A stretch of 64,000 nucleotides of DNA from an uncultured cyanobacterium (GTDB lineage Bacteria; Cyanobacteriota; Cyanobacteriia; CAKZMO01), in the NCBI GenBank assembly GCA_963719515.1, contig CAVRCJ010000003.1, forward strand, positions 736,001 to 800,000. Reading direction: 5' to 3'. The notes under the pieces are model-generated. The model was not told the origin of the DNA. It made no database searches and saw nothing but the letters and a program-made list of their open reading frames with translations. Below are positions 20,301 through 29,148 of this stretch, one piece after another. Positions within the stretch are counted from its first letter, which is position 1. Each line of letters begins with the position of its first letter. A program made the translations under genes and the position numbers.

Positions 20301-20746
20301 TATGCCTTTGATGGGCAAGGAACTTTTTGTCCATTATCTATTGCACAATCTGGTACATCAGTTCTGAGGCCCATAGAGCCAAAACCGTACCCCTGCCAAC
20401 CAAGCCAGCGATCGCCTACGGCAAGGCGATCCGCTAGGAAAAACCCTGATAAACCTCGTCTAGCTCGAAAACCGTAGTTTTCTATCTGGCCCCGAAAAGA
20501 CGCCAGTTCAAGGGTTACAGCCTCTCAAGGTGTTCCCCTAAAACTCCAGGCCTCAACATGGATGCGGTTTAGTACACCAGAGCATCGTCAATTGAAAATA
20601 GGTCGGCGAGAAATTCGGTGAGACAATGCTCAATATCAAAACCTTTTCGATCATTGGGCATCATCCGCGCTTGGAACGGGCTGCACACCGCTTTACCTAG
20701 CAATTGCCCAGGCGATCGCTCCCATCTGTTAAATCACGGCCATAGA

Positions 20747-22843
20747 CTACGACAATAGAATGTCCTCACTCGAAACGCCGTACAGCTGACAGACTAGCTT
20801 ATCAATTTCGAAGTCTATTCTCTGCTGCGAGTCGCCCTGCGCGATGTGACCCCCCGTAGGGCGACTCAATAGCTGTCGCTGGCAGACCAGCTCGCGCAAG
20901 CGCTCAACTTCTGAAGGCGATTGGACCCAGACGTACTCTGGCGGCAGCGGCAGCGATCGCACCTGGGGTGGCCCTACCCGCAAGTAGCCCCCCTGAAGGG
21001 CATTGCCGCCAAATACCGCCTGAAAGTAGGCGGTCATCAGGGCGCTATTGAGCAATCCGAGCAAAACCGGGCCGATGACTGGAGCCTGGTCTGCATCGAG
21101 CAGGATGATCGTCGTAGACTTCCCCGCCATCAGCATGCCTGACTTATCCCAGACGCACTCTAGCTGCTGAGTAAGGCCGGCAACAATCAGCTTGGATGAG
21201 GCGGACTGTTGGTAGCGCTTGGGAAAGGCGCTCAACAGCTCAGCTTTTGCAATCACGGGTCGCCGGTAGCGATCGCCCAAGTAGCGTAAGGGTTTGGTGC
21301 CCCAGCCGTGGGTATAGCGATCGATGGTGCCGCTATTCACCACCTGAAACTCAGTAGGCTGGGACAGTTTGTGAATGAGATCGTAAATGAGGGGCTGCAG
21401 TCGGTAGGCTTCGGATACTGACGCAGCCCCCACCACCGTCGCGGCGCTGCTCAAGGTTGGATAAGTCTGGAGTTGGGAGAGCCAAGAGCGCTGACTCGGC
21501 GGGGAGAGACACCAGGGTTGGGAAGTGCGGAAGCGCTGGGGGCAGAGTCTATGGGCTTTGGCAGGCTTCGCTGGGGGAGCCATCACCTCATAGAGGACCG
21601 TATCGGTCTGGGAGGGGGCACGCTTTTGAAGCGTATAGACAAAGGGGTAGACCGCCGCCTGAAAACTCCCCACTCGGCTGTAGTCCCGCAGGTGGTATAG
21701 CCCGTACTGGCCCAGCAGCGATCGCGCTTCTGCCGCGTAATCCGCGCAAATAAGCTTATTGGGCACCACAAAGCTATGCCAGCCTCCCTCACCGCACAGC
21801 TCCAGCGCCCGCTCAATGAAAACGCAAAACAGATCCCAGTTGCCCTGCGCCGTCAGGTATCGTCGGCCCCGGGCCGATCTGCCGCGGCAGTAGGCGCGCC
21901 AGTGAGGAAGCTGAGCCACCATCGCCTCTGAGTCGAGGTAGGGGGGGTTGCCGAGCACAACGTCAAACTGAGTTTGCTGGAGGGGATAAGGGGCGAGGTC
22001 TAGGGCGATCGCCTCGAGAGGCCCCGAAGTATGTATAAGGGCATTGCCGCAGCGGATGGTTTGGCTGAGGCTGGTCAGACCATAGATGCGATCGCCGGTA
22101 TCATTCACATCCCAGAGCGATTTTGAGGGTTCACCGTTCGCAGCGGCCCCCCGGCCCCCAATGCTGGGGGAGCAGGATTCGAGGTTAGAAGTACTTGCCT
22201 CTGATGACAGCGAGCAGTCTGAGTTTGCCTGGGTTCCCTCAAATGTCGGGGCTGAGGGGTCCACGAGAGACCAAATACTACTCCGACATGTTCTACCAGC
22301 GGCGTTAACAGCATAGCCACGTTCTAGAACTGCCTTCGCCACCGCCAAACCCAGAGCCAATCGCGTCACCGCCACCGCATTGGGGTCAATATCGACGCCG
22401 GATAGCGCACCCAGCAGCCGTGCGTAGTCCTGTGGGAGCGAGGGTTGACAGCGCTGAACCAAATACCGGTAGGCTAAAACGAGAAAAATTCCGCCGCCGC
22501 AGGCCGGGTCGAGAACGGTGGGCGCGGTTGAGCCGCGGCAGGCTGGCGCTAGGGTGGCCTCCACCATGAACTGGGCGATCGCTTCTGGGGTGTAGTAGCT
22601 GCCCTGGCGCTTGCGGGTGGGGGTTGCTGTGGTGGAAGACGCCAGCTCGGCCTCGTAGGTTTGACCCAGCACGATGGGCAGCTGATGCAAGCCCGGCGAC
22701 AGAGACCAAGAGCGCTGCAGTATTGCCCAGAGGTCGATCGATACGTCGAGTTCAGCGGTGCATGCTGGGGCGATCGCGCTCCACCAGTGGCGCAGGTGCT
22801 CTAGGGTGAACGCTGCAGCAGGATCTACCATCAACGGAGCCAC
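20747..22843 (-). CDS. N6-adenine DNA methyltransferase (Eco57I/TaqI-like) with C-terminal TRD and no evident nuclease domain
   Basis: GSYYTP, VLDPACGGGIFL, GNPPY, LLGLLNS, IDKLVCQLYG. Confidence 0.85.
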   Translation of the reverse strand: MAPLMVDPAAAFTLEHLRHWWSAIAPACTAELDVSIDLWAILQRSWSLSPGLHQLPIVLGQTYEAELASSTTATPTRKRQGSYYTPEAIAQFMVEATLAPACRGSTAPTVLDPACGGGIFLVLAYRYLVQRCQPSLPQDYARLLGALSGVDIDPNAVAVTRLALGLAVAKAVLERGYAVNAAGRTCRSSIWSLVDPSAPTFEGTQANSDCSLSSEASTSNLESCSPSIGGRGAAANGEPSKSLWDVNDTGDRIYGLTSLSQTIRCGNALIHTSGPLEAIALDLAPYPLQQTQFDVVLGNPPYLDSEAMVAQLPHWRAYCRGRSARGRRYLTAQGNWDLFCVFIERALELCGEGGWHSFVVPNKLICADYAAEARSLLGQYGLYHLRDYSRVGSFQAAVYPFVYTLQKRAPSQTDTVLYEVMAPPAKPAKAHRLCPQRFRTSQPWCLSPPSQRSWLSQLQTYPTLSSAATVVGAASVSEAYRLQPLIYDLIHKLSQPTEFQVVNSGTIDRYTHGWGTKPLRYLGDRYRRPVIAKAELLSAFPKRYQQSASSKLIVAGLTQQLECVWDKSGMLMAGKSTTIILLDADQAPVIGPVLLGLLNSALMTAYFQAVFGGNALQGGYLRVGPPQVRSLPLPPEYVWVQSPSEVERLRELVCQRQLLSRPTGGHIAQGDSQQRIDFEIDKLVCQLYGVSSEDILLS
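22145..22262. repeat. Cyanobacterial double-hairpin dispersed repeat inserted in frame in the MTase
   Basis: ggccccccggcccccaatgctgggggag...ccctcaaatgtcggggctgagggg; translates as SPSIGGRGA within a low-complexity insert. Confidence 0.6.
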
Positions 22844-22883
22844 TGATATCGCGAAGGCCCCTTCGCCACGTGCTGTCTCAACG

Positions 22884-23042
22884 CTAAAACCTCTCCGCTA
22901 TCAGCGTAAAGCTGGGGAGCACTGCTTCCCCCGATGGCTCGATGGCGAGGTCGGGGTTATTGCAGCAGAGCTGGTAGAATTGCGCGTCGCTGAGGGGGCT
23001 GTGGGTGAGGTTAACTTTGAGGGGCAGGGTGGAGGTCATGGC
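22884..23042 (-). pseudogene. Uma2 (DUF820) endonuclease remnant with internal deletion
   Basis: N-terminal LSDAQFYQLCCNNPDLAIE joined directly to C-terminal SGEAVLPSFTL. Confidence 0.7.
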
Positions 23043-23102
23043 GTAGAGGCTCACCGTCAAGCTTTGGTTCATTATCAAAAATGGGTGACGTGGACTTGAA
23101 CC

Positions 23103-23136
23103 TGGCAAGGGTAAGGCATTGTCCCTGCCCTTGCCA
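23103..23136 (-). terminator. Hairpin downstream of the 23157-23522 ORF
   Basis: tggcaaggg...cccttgcca inverted repeat. Confidence 0.5.
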
Positions 23137-23156
23137 CCTTGAAAGCTAATAGGCGA

Positions 23157-23522
23157 TTAGCGCAGTGGGCGCTGCTGCACCAGGTAGCTCAGCACCTGCC
23201 CTTGGGCCGGGGTAATGCGAATCCCCTGCTCCGGCACCGTAATCAGCGGTGTCCACAGGCGGTGCTCCACATACTGCAGCACATGCAGCCGCTCAATGGC
23301 GTGGCGAACGCCTTCGGGAGAGCCGACTGATCAGATGGCGCAAGTACTCACATCCGGGAGCGGGGGAGGGTTCAACCAGGGTGGGGACACTCGGCTCTGC
23401 TTCCAGGAGGGAGGGAAGCCGCGTAGACGAGTCCGCTGCGAGCTGGTTCAGATTGGGCTGTTGCACAGCGAGCTGGGCGGCCTCTTGAATCAAGGGCAGC
23501 GAAGGGATATTGAATTGTCATG
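23157..23522 (-). pseudogene. Frameshifted homolog of the 50360-50668 hypothetical protein
   Basis: Reconstructed MTIQY/PSLPLIQEAA...EYLRHLI/VGSPEGVRHAIERLHVLQYVEHRLWTPLITVPEQGIRITPAQGQVLSYLVQQRPLR*, two +1 shifts. Confidence 0.8.
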
Positions 23523-23773
23523 AGGGACTCCGGTTTTGTGTTGTGTTGGAGTCCCCCAAAGAACCCGGACATTCCAGACGTTTTAGGGGTTCGGAATGAC
23601 TCAGGTACAATCGACGCAGGTCATCCGCACAGCTAACTCTGTCGTGGTGGCTCAGGGGCCACATGTTGCTGATCATCAACATGCGGCTCCGCCAGACCGA
23701 ATCTTTGGGAGACTAGAACCATGGGACACGGCTCTAGCCACACAGAATAGGTCATCTGCGTCTGCTATGGCAA
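23523..23773 (-). ncRNA. Putative structured leader RNA with promoter (copy 1)
   Basis: TTGCCA-18-TATTCT promoter; 5' hairpin; CCCAAAGA...TCTTTGGG closing stem enclosing three hairpins; same architecture as copy 2. Confidence 0.65.
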
Positions 23774-23922
23774 GAGGGCGGCTGATATTTCAGCAGTTCT
23801 CAGTTTGGCGGATGATGAGCAATCGACGAGCTGACTACGCTTTCAGCCCACCCGCAGATAAATGATGCTGTTGGCGAATAGGGGGTCAGATTCTTCATTA
23901 GAGTTTCAGCTTCGCTTTCACC

Positions 23923-24068
23923 CCACCCGCGGCTGAAGCGCGGGCTAGTAGAGGTCACCCGCTCAAGCGGGTTAAGCGCACTTCTAGCCTATGGTTTGAG
24001 CATCAATGCGTTTCTAGAGTCCGCTTTAGCGGACGGCGTTCGATAGCCCGCGCTTTTAGCTGCGGGCG
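23923..24068. repeat. REPIN-like inverted doublet of REP hairpins
   Basis: cccgcggctgaagcgcgggcta + cccgctcaagcggg ... gtccgctttagcggac + tagcccgcgcttttagctgcggg in inverted arrangement. Confidence 0.7.
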
Positions 24069-24084
24069 CTTGCTATATTCGCTC

Positions 24085-24400
24085 TGGCGGGAGTATTGGT
24101 CTACGCAGCGGCCTAAAGGGCATTCGCTGGCGAGAGTGGCGATCGCGCTCTGGCAAGTCTTGTGATGTCATGACCCTCCGGCTGTTGCTGATGGCTGAGT
24201 CATCTTTACTCGCAGGCGAGCGGCGTTTACGTTGTGGCGGGTGGGGGGGCACTCTCGCAAAAGGTCTGATGGCTCGCGGGTGAGTGATAATCACTGATTG
24301 CCGAGTAAAATTCACTCGCTCGTGAAGTTTGATTCTGCAGCGCGCTCCCTTTAAACGACGACAGCCAGCCGTGAGACCACGCGGGTGAGTCTGACGGACT
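24085..24400. repeat. Degenerate 21-nt periodic array
   Basis: gagt-like cores at 24134, 24155, 24197, 24218, 24239, then 24282, 24303, 24387 (multiples of 21 with a 1-nt slip at the G run). Confidence 0.55.
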
Positions 24401-24434
24401 GGCTGAACTGGGTAGATGCATTGGCGTTGAGGCG

Positions 24435-24911
24435 CTATGCCTCTTCGGTCTGAGGCTGACGGCGGCGACCGATGGCACGGAAGCGATCGCCCAAGGAATA
24501 GGCGACGCTCTTGAGTCCGGGTCGGCGTTTGGCGGCGGTTTTGACGTAGTCGTAGATGTTGAGGCTGGTGCCCATCAGCTCACTACCGACGGCGATTAGG
24601 GTGTCGTCGACCTGTTCGTTGAGCTGACCGAGCCGGGAACGGATGTCGCTGAGGTTCATGGCGAGCTGGTAGTCTTGGGCGTAGTCGCCCAGGTTGAAGC
24701 TGACGGGCAGGATGTCGGGGTTGGACTGGGCGGCTTGGAGGCTGTTGCTGACAAAGCCAAGGCTTTTGTCGCCCATTTTGAACAGGCGGCGGCGCTCTTG
24801 GGTGGTGAGGGCGATCAGGAAGGGGAGTTTGGTTTGAATGGTGGTGATGGCGTCGTGGATTTCGGCGAGGTCTTCGGGGGTGAGGGTGGCGTCGATGTTT
24901 TTGTAGGGCAT
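24435..24911 (-). CDS. Hypothetical alpha-helical protein (158 aa)
   Basis: Clean ORF with coding-like codon bias; LPFLIALTTQERRRLFKMGDKS, DDTLIAVGSE. Confidence 0.85.
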   Translation of the reverse strand: MPYKNIDATLTPEDLAEIHDAITTIQTKLPFLIALTTQERRRLFKMGDKSLGFVSNSLQAAQSNPDILPVSFNLGDYAQDYQLAMNLSDIRSRLGQLNEQVDDTLIAVGSELMGTSLNIYDYVKTAAKRRPGLKSVAYSLGDRFRAIGRRRQPQTEEA

Positions 24912-25143
24912 GGGTTTGCTCTTTGTGGTATTTGATACGTGGACGAGCTTAGGGTGCCCGGTGATAGGAGTGGCGGTGTTACGGGTTTGTGGAGATTTTG
25001 TGGAGTTGGGGGTGAAGGTTTTGGCTACGCTACTGAATCAGTGGCTATGATTGAAGACAGCGGTTTGCGTCTAGGAGTCTGCGATGCCTCAGCCGCCTCC
25101 TGGGAGGTTATCATCGAATTCTTAAGCGATCGATGGTTAGAGC

Positions 25144-27990
25144 ATGAATGCAGTCGAGATCGAAGAAGCCGTCTCCCAACTTGCCGAAGCGCCCTTCGAC
25201 GCAGAAGCATTCCCTTTTGCCTTCCTCGAAGCCTTCGGCAACAAGAAAACGACTATCAAAAAGCTTAAAAGCCGAAAAAATAGCTCTAATAAATCCGACC
25301 TGGGCGGCGTTCTCCAACGCAGTAATATTCACCTGAAGGTGTGCCCGGAAGGTGAGGTGACGGCTACGCTCGCCGCCCTGCGGGAGAGCCCCGCTACTGC
25401 GAAACATAAGGCAAAGCTTGTTCTGGCGACCGACGGCCAAACCTTGGAGGCAGAGAACCTCGCCGATGGTGAGACGGTCGCCTGTGACTACCCTGACTTC
25501 CACGACCATTTCGGCTTTTTCCTGCCGCTGGCGGGCATTACGACGGTCAAGCAGATTCGGGAGAATGCCTTCGACATCAAGGCGACGGGTCGCCTCAACC
25601 GCCTGTATGTGGAGCTGCTGAAGGAGAACCCAGACTGGGATACGGCGGAGCGTCGCCAGGAGATGAACCACTTTATGGCGCGGCTGATCTTCTGCTTCTT
25701 TGCGGAGGATACGAATATTTTCTACAGCGATAACCTGTTTACGGACACTGTTGCGCAGATGAGCGAGCGCGATTCTTCGAATACCCATGAGGTGCTAGCA
25801 GAAATTTTTCGGGCGATGAGCATTCCGGTGAAGGAGCGGGCAGCGGCGGGTATTCGCAGCTGGGCGAATGCATTTCCCTATGCGAATGGGGGGCTGTTTG
25901 GCTCTTATCCTAGCCCTCATCCCGTAGCCCCTCCCAAAGCGGGAGAAGGGGAACAAGAGACCATTTCTCCCCTCTCCCTATCTGGGAGAGGGGCCGGGGG
26001 TGAGGGCGTCCCTCGCTTCAGCCGCATCGCTCGCTCCTACCTGCTACACGTCGGCAATCTGGACTGGACCAAGATCAACCCCGACATCTTCGGCTCGATG
26101 ATTCAGGCGGTGGCGGATGACGAAGAGCGGGGGGCGCTGGGGATGCACTATACCAGCGTGCCAAACATCCTCAAGGTGCTAAATCCGCTGTTTTTAGATG
26201 ATTTGCGTGTCCAGCTAGAAGCGGCAGAGGACAATAGCCGCAAGCTGCTGAACCTGCGTAAGCGGATGGCCCGGATTCGGGTATTTGACCCGGCCTGTGG
26301 GTCGGGGAATTTTTTGGTGATCGCTTACAAGGAGATGAGGGCGATCGAGGCGGAAATTAATCAACGGCGGGGGGAGCCGGAGCGCGGGTCGGAGATTCCG
26401 CTAACGAATTTTCGGGGAATTGAGATTCGGCATTTTTCTTGTGAGGTGGCACGGCTGGCGCTGATTATTGCGGAGTATCAGTGTGATGTGCTGTATCGGG
26501 GGCAGCGGCTGGCACTGGCGGAGTTTTTGCCGCTGAAGGATGATAACTGGATTACCTGTGGGAATGCGCTAAGGCTGGATTGGTTGAGCGTTTGTCCGCC
26601 GACGGGGACGGAGGTGAGGGTGCAGGGGGAGGATTTGTTTAGCACCGTGCATGATGAGGCGGAGGTGGAGTTTGAGAATGAGGGGGGGGAGACATATATT
26701 TGTGGGAATCCGCCTTATAAAGGTAGTAACTGGCGTACAAAAGAGCAAACAGAGGATCTAGGCGCGCTATTTGTATCTAGAACGAAAACTTGGAAAGCAC
26801 TTGACTATGTATGCGGATGGATTCTAAAGGCCGCTGACTATAGTCAAACTACTACAACTGTAAGCGCTTTTGTTGCTACGAACTCAATCTGTCAAGGAGG
26901 ACAAGCATCAATTCTTTGGCCACTCATTCGCAAAAGTAGTCAAGAGATTTTCTTTGCCTATACGTCTTTCACATGGTCCAATTTGGCAAGTCACAATGCA
27001 GGAGTATCTGTAGTCATAGTTGGGTTGTCTAGCTTTCCTCTTAAAGGACGTAAGCTTTACGAGCTTGATAGTAGTGGTTCGCTTAGCGTAAAGAACGTTA
27101 AAAATATAAATGCTTATCTCATAAACGCTAAGAATGTCTTTGTCAAACCCATAAGAGAGCCTATTAGCTTTGATGCTGAAATCACTGATGGAAGTGGTGC
27201 ATTGGACAATGGATATCTGATACTTGATCGGAAGCAGCGAGATAGAATAGCTGATGAAAGCCATGGAGGATTTGCAAGATATATTCGTCCATGCATAGGT
27301 TCTGGAGAGCTCATAAAAGGTTCTCTTCGGTGGTGTATTTGGATTAAAGACGATGAGCTAGATAATGCTTTAAATAGCGAAGAAATTTCTCAGCGAATAG
27401 AGCAAGTCAGACAATACAGAAAAAACGGTGGAACACGGGCTCAGACAGCAGCTTGCCGCCCCCATAAATTTGCTTGGATCAATAAACGTAATACCTGTCA
27501 GATAGTTGTGCCAACAGTTTTTTCTGAGAATAGAAATTACGTTACCGCAGGATATTTAGACGACAACTACGTGATCAATAACAATGCCAGCATAATTCAA
27601 GAACCCGGCCTCTATGTCTTCTCTGTTGTTTCTTCAAGCATACATTTGTCCTGGGTGAGAGCCATTTCAGGAAGGCTTAGACAAGACATAAGATATACAT
27701 CCTCTACTTGCTACAATACCTTCCCTATCCCCACCCTCACCGAACAAAATAAAACCGACCTCACCCGCTGCGCCGAAGACATCCTCCTCGCCCGCGAACG
27801 CTACTTCCCCGCCACCATCGCCGACATGTACGACCCCGATCGCATGGACAGCGAGTTCCCCCTCGTCCGCCAAGCCCACGATCGCAACGACGAGGTGCTA
27901 GAGCGCATCTACATCGGTCGCCGCTTCAAGAATGATACGGAGCGGCTAGAAAAGCTGTTTGAGCTGTATACCAAGATGACCAGTAAGTGA
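25144..27990 (+). CDS. MmeI-like/YeeA-type N6-adenine DNA methyltransferase
   Basis: INPDIFGSM, GMHYTS, FDPACGSGNFL, GNPPY, YNTFP. Confidence 0.9.
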   Translation: MNAVEIEEAVSQLAEAPFDAEAFPFAFLEAFGNKKTTIKKLKSRKNSSNKSDLGGVLQRSNIHLKVCPEGEVTATLAALRESPATAKHKAKLVLATDGQTLEAENLADGETVACDYPDFHDHFGFFLPLAGITTVKQIRENAFDIKATGRLNRLYVELLKENPDWDTAERRQEMNHFMARLIFCFFAEDTNIFYSDNLFTDTVAQMSERDSSNTHEVLAEIFRAMSIPVKERAAAGIRSWANAFPYANGGLFGSYPSPHPVAPPKAGEGEQETISPLSLSGRGAGGEGVPRFSRIARSYLLHVGNLDWTKINPDIFGSMIQAVADDEERGALGMHYTSVPNILKVLNPLFLDDLRVQLEAAEDNSRKLLNLRKRMARIRVFDPACGSGNFLVIAYKEMRAIEAEINQRRGEPERGSEIPLTNFRGIEIRHFSCEVARLALIIAEYQCDVLYRGQRLALAEFLPLKDDNWITCGNALRLDWLSVCPPTGTEVRVQGEDLFSTVHDEAEVEFENEGGETYICGNPPYKGSNWRTKEQTEDLGALFVSRTKTWKALDYVCGWILKAADYSQTTTTVSAFVATNSICQGGQASILWPLIRKSSQEIFFAYTSFTWSNLASHNAGVSVVIVGLSSFPLKGRKLYELDSSGSLSVKNVKNINAYLINAKNVFVKPIREPISFDAEITDGSGALDNGYLILDRKQRDRIADESHGGFARYIRPCIGSGELIKGSLRWCIWIKDDELDNALNSEEISQRIEQVRQYRKNGGTRAQTAACRPHKFAWINKRNTCQIVVPTVFSENRNYVTAGYLDDNYVINNNASIIQEPGLYVFSVVSSSIHLSWVRAISGRLRQDIRYTSSTCYNTFPIPTLTEQNKTDLTRCAEDILLARERYFPATIADMYDPDRMDSEFPLVRQAHDRNDEVLERIYIGRRFKNDTERLEKLFELYTKMTSK
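25913..26008. repeat. Double-hairpin dispersed repeat inserted in frame in the MmeI-like MTase
   Basis: ccctcatccc...cctcccaaagcgggagaagggg...cccctctccctatctgggagaggggccgggggtgagggc; encodes PHPVAPPKAGEGEQETISPLSLSGRGAGGEG. Confidence 0.8.
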
Positions 27991-28057
27991 GCATTAAAAG
28001 AAATGTGTCAGCATCGCAAGTTTGCATCAGCCTCTCATCTACCAACACCTTCTCCCT

Positions 28058-28380
28058 GGGAGCATGTCACCTTTGTAAACTCCAAAGAGGCCCACTCTTC
28101 GAGAAGAGCAAAGCTCTACATCCCCCAGCCCCTTCTCCCAAACTATACGTGTTTAGCGCATGTGGAGAAGTTGCGTTACGCCTTGGTATTACCCCCTCTA
28201 GCTCCCCCTTGCCAAGGGGGAGAATTGAGCTTCCCCCCTTGGCAAGGGGGATTGAGGGGGGTGACTCCAAGACGCTAAACACATATCCCAAGCTTGGGAG
28301 AAGGGGAGTAGGAAGCTCAAGTCCCTCTCCCAATTTTGGGAGAGGGATTTAGGGTGAGGGCTCAAAAGTGACATACTCCT
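28058..28380. mobile_element. MITE with 18-bp imperfect terminal inverted repeats (outer)
   Basis: gggagcatgtcacctttg ... caaaagtgacatactcct (15/18 complementary). Confidence 0.7.
28145..28286. mobile_element. Nested MITE, 14-bp TIR, 8-bp target duplication
   Basis: atacgtgtttagcg ... cgctaaacacatat; flanked by cccaaact / cccaagct. Confidence 0.8.
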
Positions 28381-28501
28381 TTCTCTTCAAAAAAGGATAA
28401 GGGGAATTGGAAAAGCCTCACCCCCGCCCTGGAAGAGGTGTCTAGAGTGAGAGCAAAGAAATGCCGAAACTAAAAACTGAATCTACACCTGGAACTTCAA
28501 A

Positions 28502-28735
28502 ATGACTAAAGAACTAGACCGTATCACCGTCAATCCCCAAATATGTCTTGGTCAACCAACTATTCGAGGAATGCGCATCACAGTAGGCTTTATCCTCAAA
28601 TTGCTCGCTAGCCAGCTATCTGTTCAGGAAATTCTAACGTCTTACCCAGAGCTGGAAGAGGAAGACATTCGCCAGGCCCTCAACTACGCGGCCTGGGCAG
28701 TGTCTGACCGAATTGTGAGTTTCACTTCAGCATGA
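28502..28735 (+). CDS. DUF433 family antitoxin
   Basis: RITVNPQICLGQPTIRGMRITV...YPELEEEDIRQALNYA. Confidence 0.92.
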   Translation: MTKELDRITVNPQICLGQPTIRGMRITVGFILKLLASQLSVQEILTSYPELEEEDIRQALNYAAWAVSDRIVSFTSA

Positions 28736-29118
28736 CTAGCCTACGCTTGCTGGCCGATGTTCATATCTCACCCGTAACAATAGCCGATTTGAAGTCGCAG
28801 GGCTATGACATCGTACGCAGCACAGACCTGCTGCCCGCCACTGCTGCCGACATAGAAATCCTAGAGCTTGCCCGTGCGGAACGTAGAGTCGTGCTGACAC
28901 AAGACCTAGATTTCTCTATGCTGGTCGCTCTCAGTAGCTACGGGCTACCTAGCTTGGTCACACTACGGTTGTCATCTGCCAAACCCGATATTGTCACGCA
29001 AAAGCTTATAGAGGTTCTGCCTATGGTGGAAGCTGAGCTAATGAAGGGTTCAGCGGTCACAATTAGCGACGATTCCGTTCGCACTCGTCAGTTACCTATT
29101 CGCCGCAGTGACGCCTAG
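28732..29118 (+). CDS. DUF5615 PIN-like toxin
   Basis: LLADVHI, DIEILELA, VVLTQDLDF; ATGA overlap with DUF433. Confidence 0.88.
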   Translation: MTSLRLLADVHISPVTIADLKSQGYDIVRSTDLLPATAADIEILELARAERRVVLTQDLDFSMLVALSSYGLPSLVTLRLSSAKPDIVTQKLIEVLPMVEAELMKGSAVTISDDSVRTRQLPIRRSDA

Positions 29119-29148
29119 ACAACGATTTCAATCGCTATAGATCACCTT

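Noticed and set aside
20301..20746. Cobalamin riboswitch upstream of B12-dependent nrdJ
   Set aside because: No recognisable B12-box or core motifs
27987..28352. Several overlapping ORFs after the MTase
   Set aside because: They are translations of nested MITE and hairpin repeats
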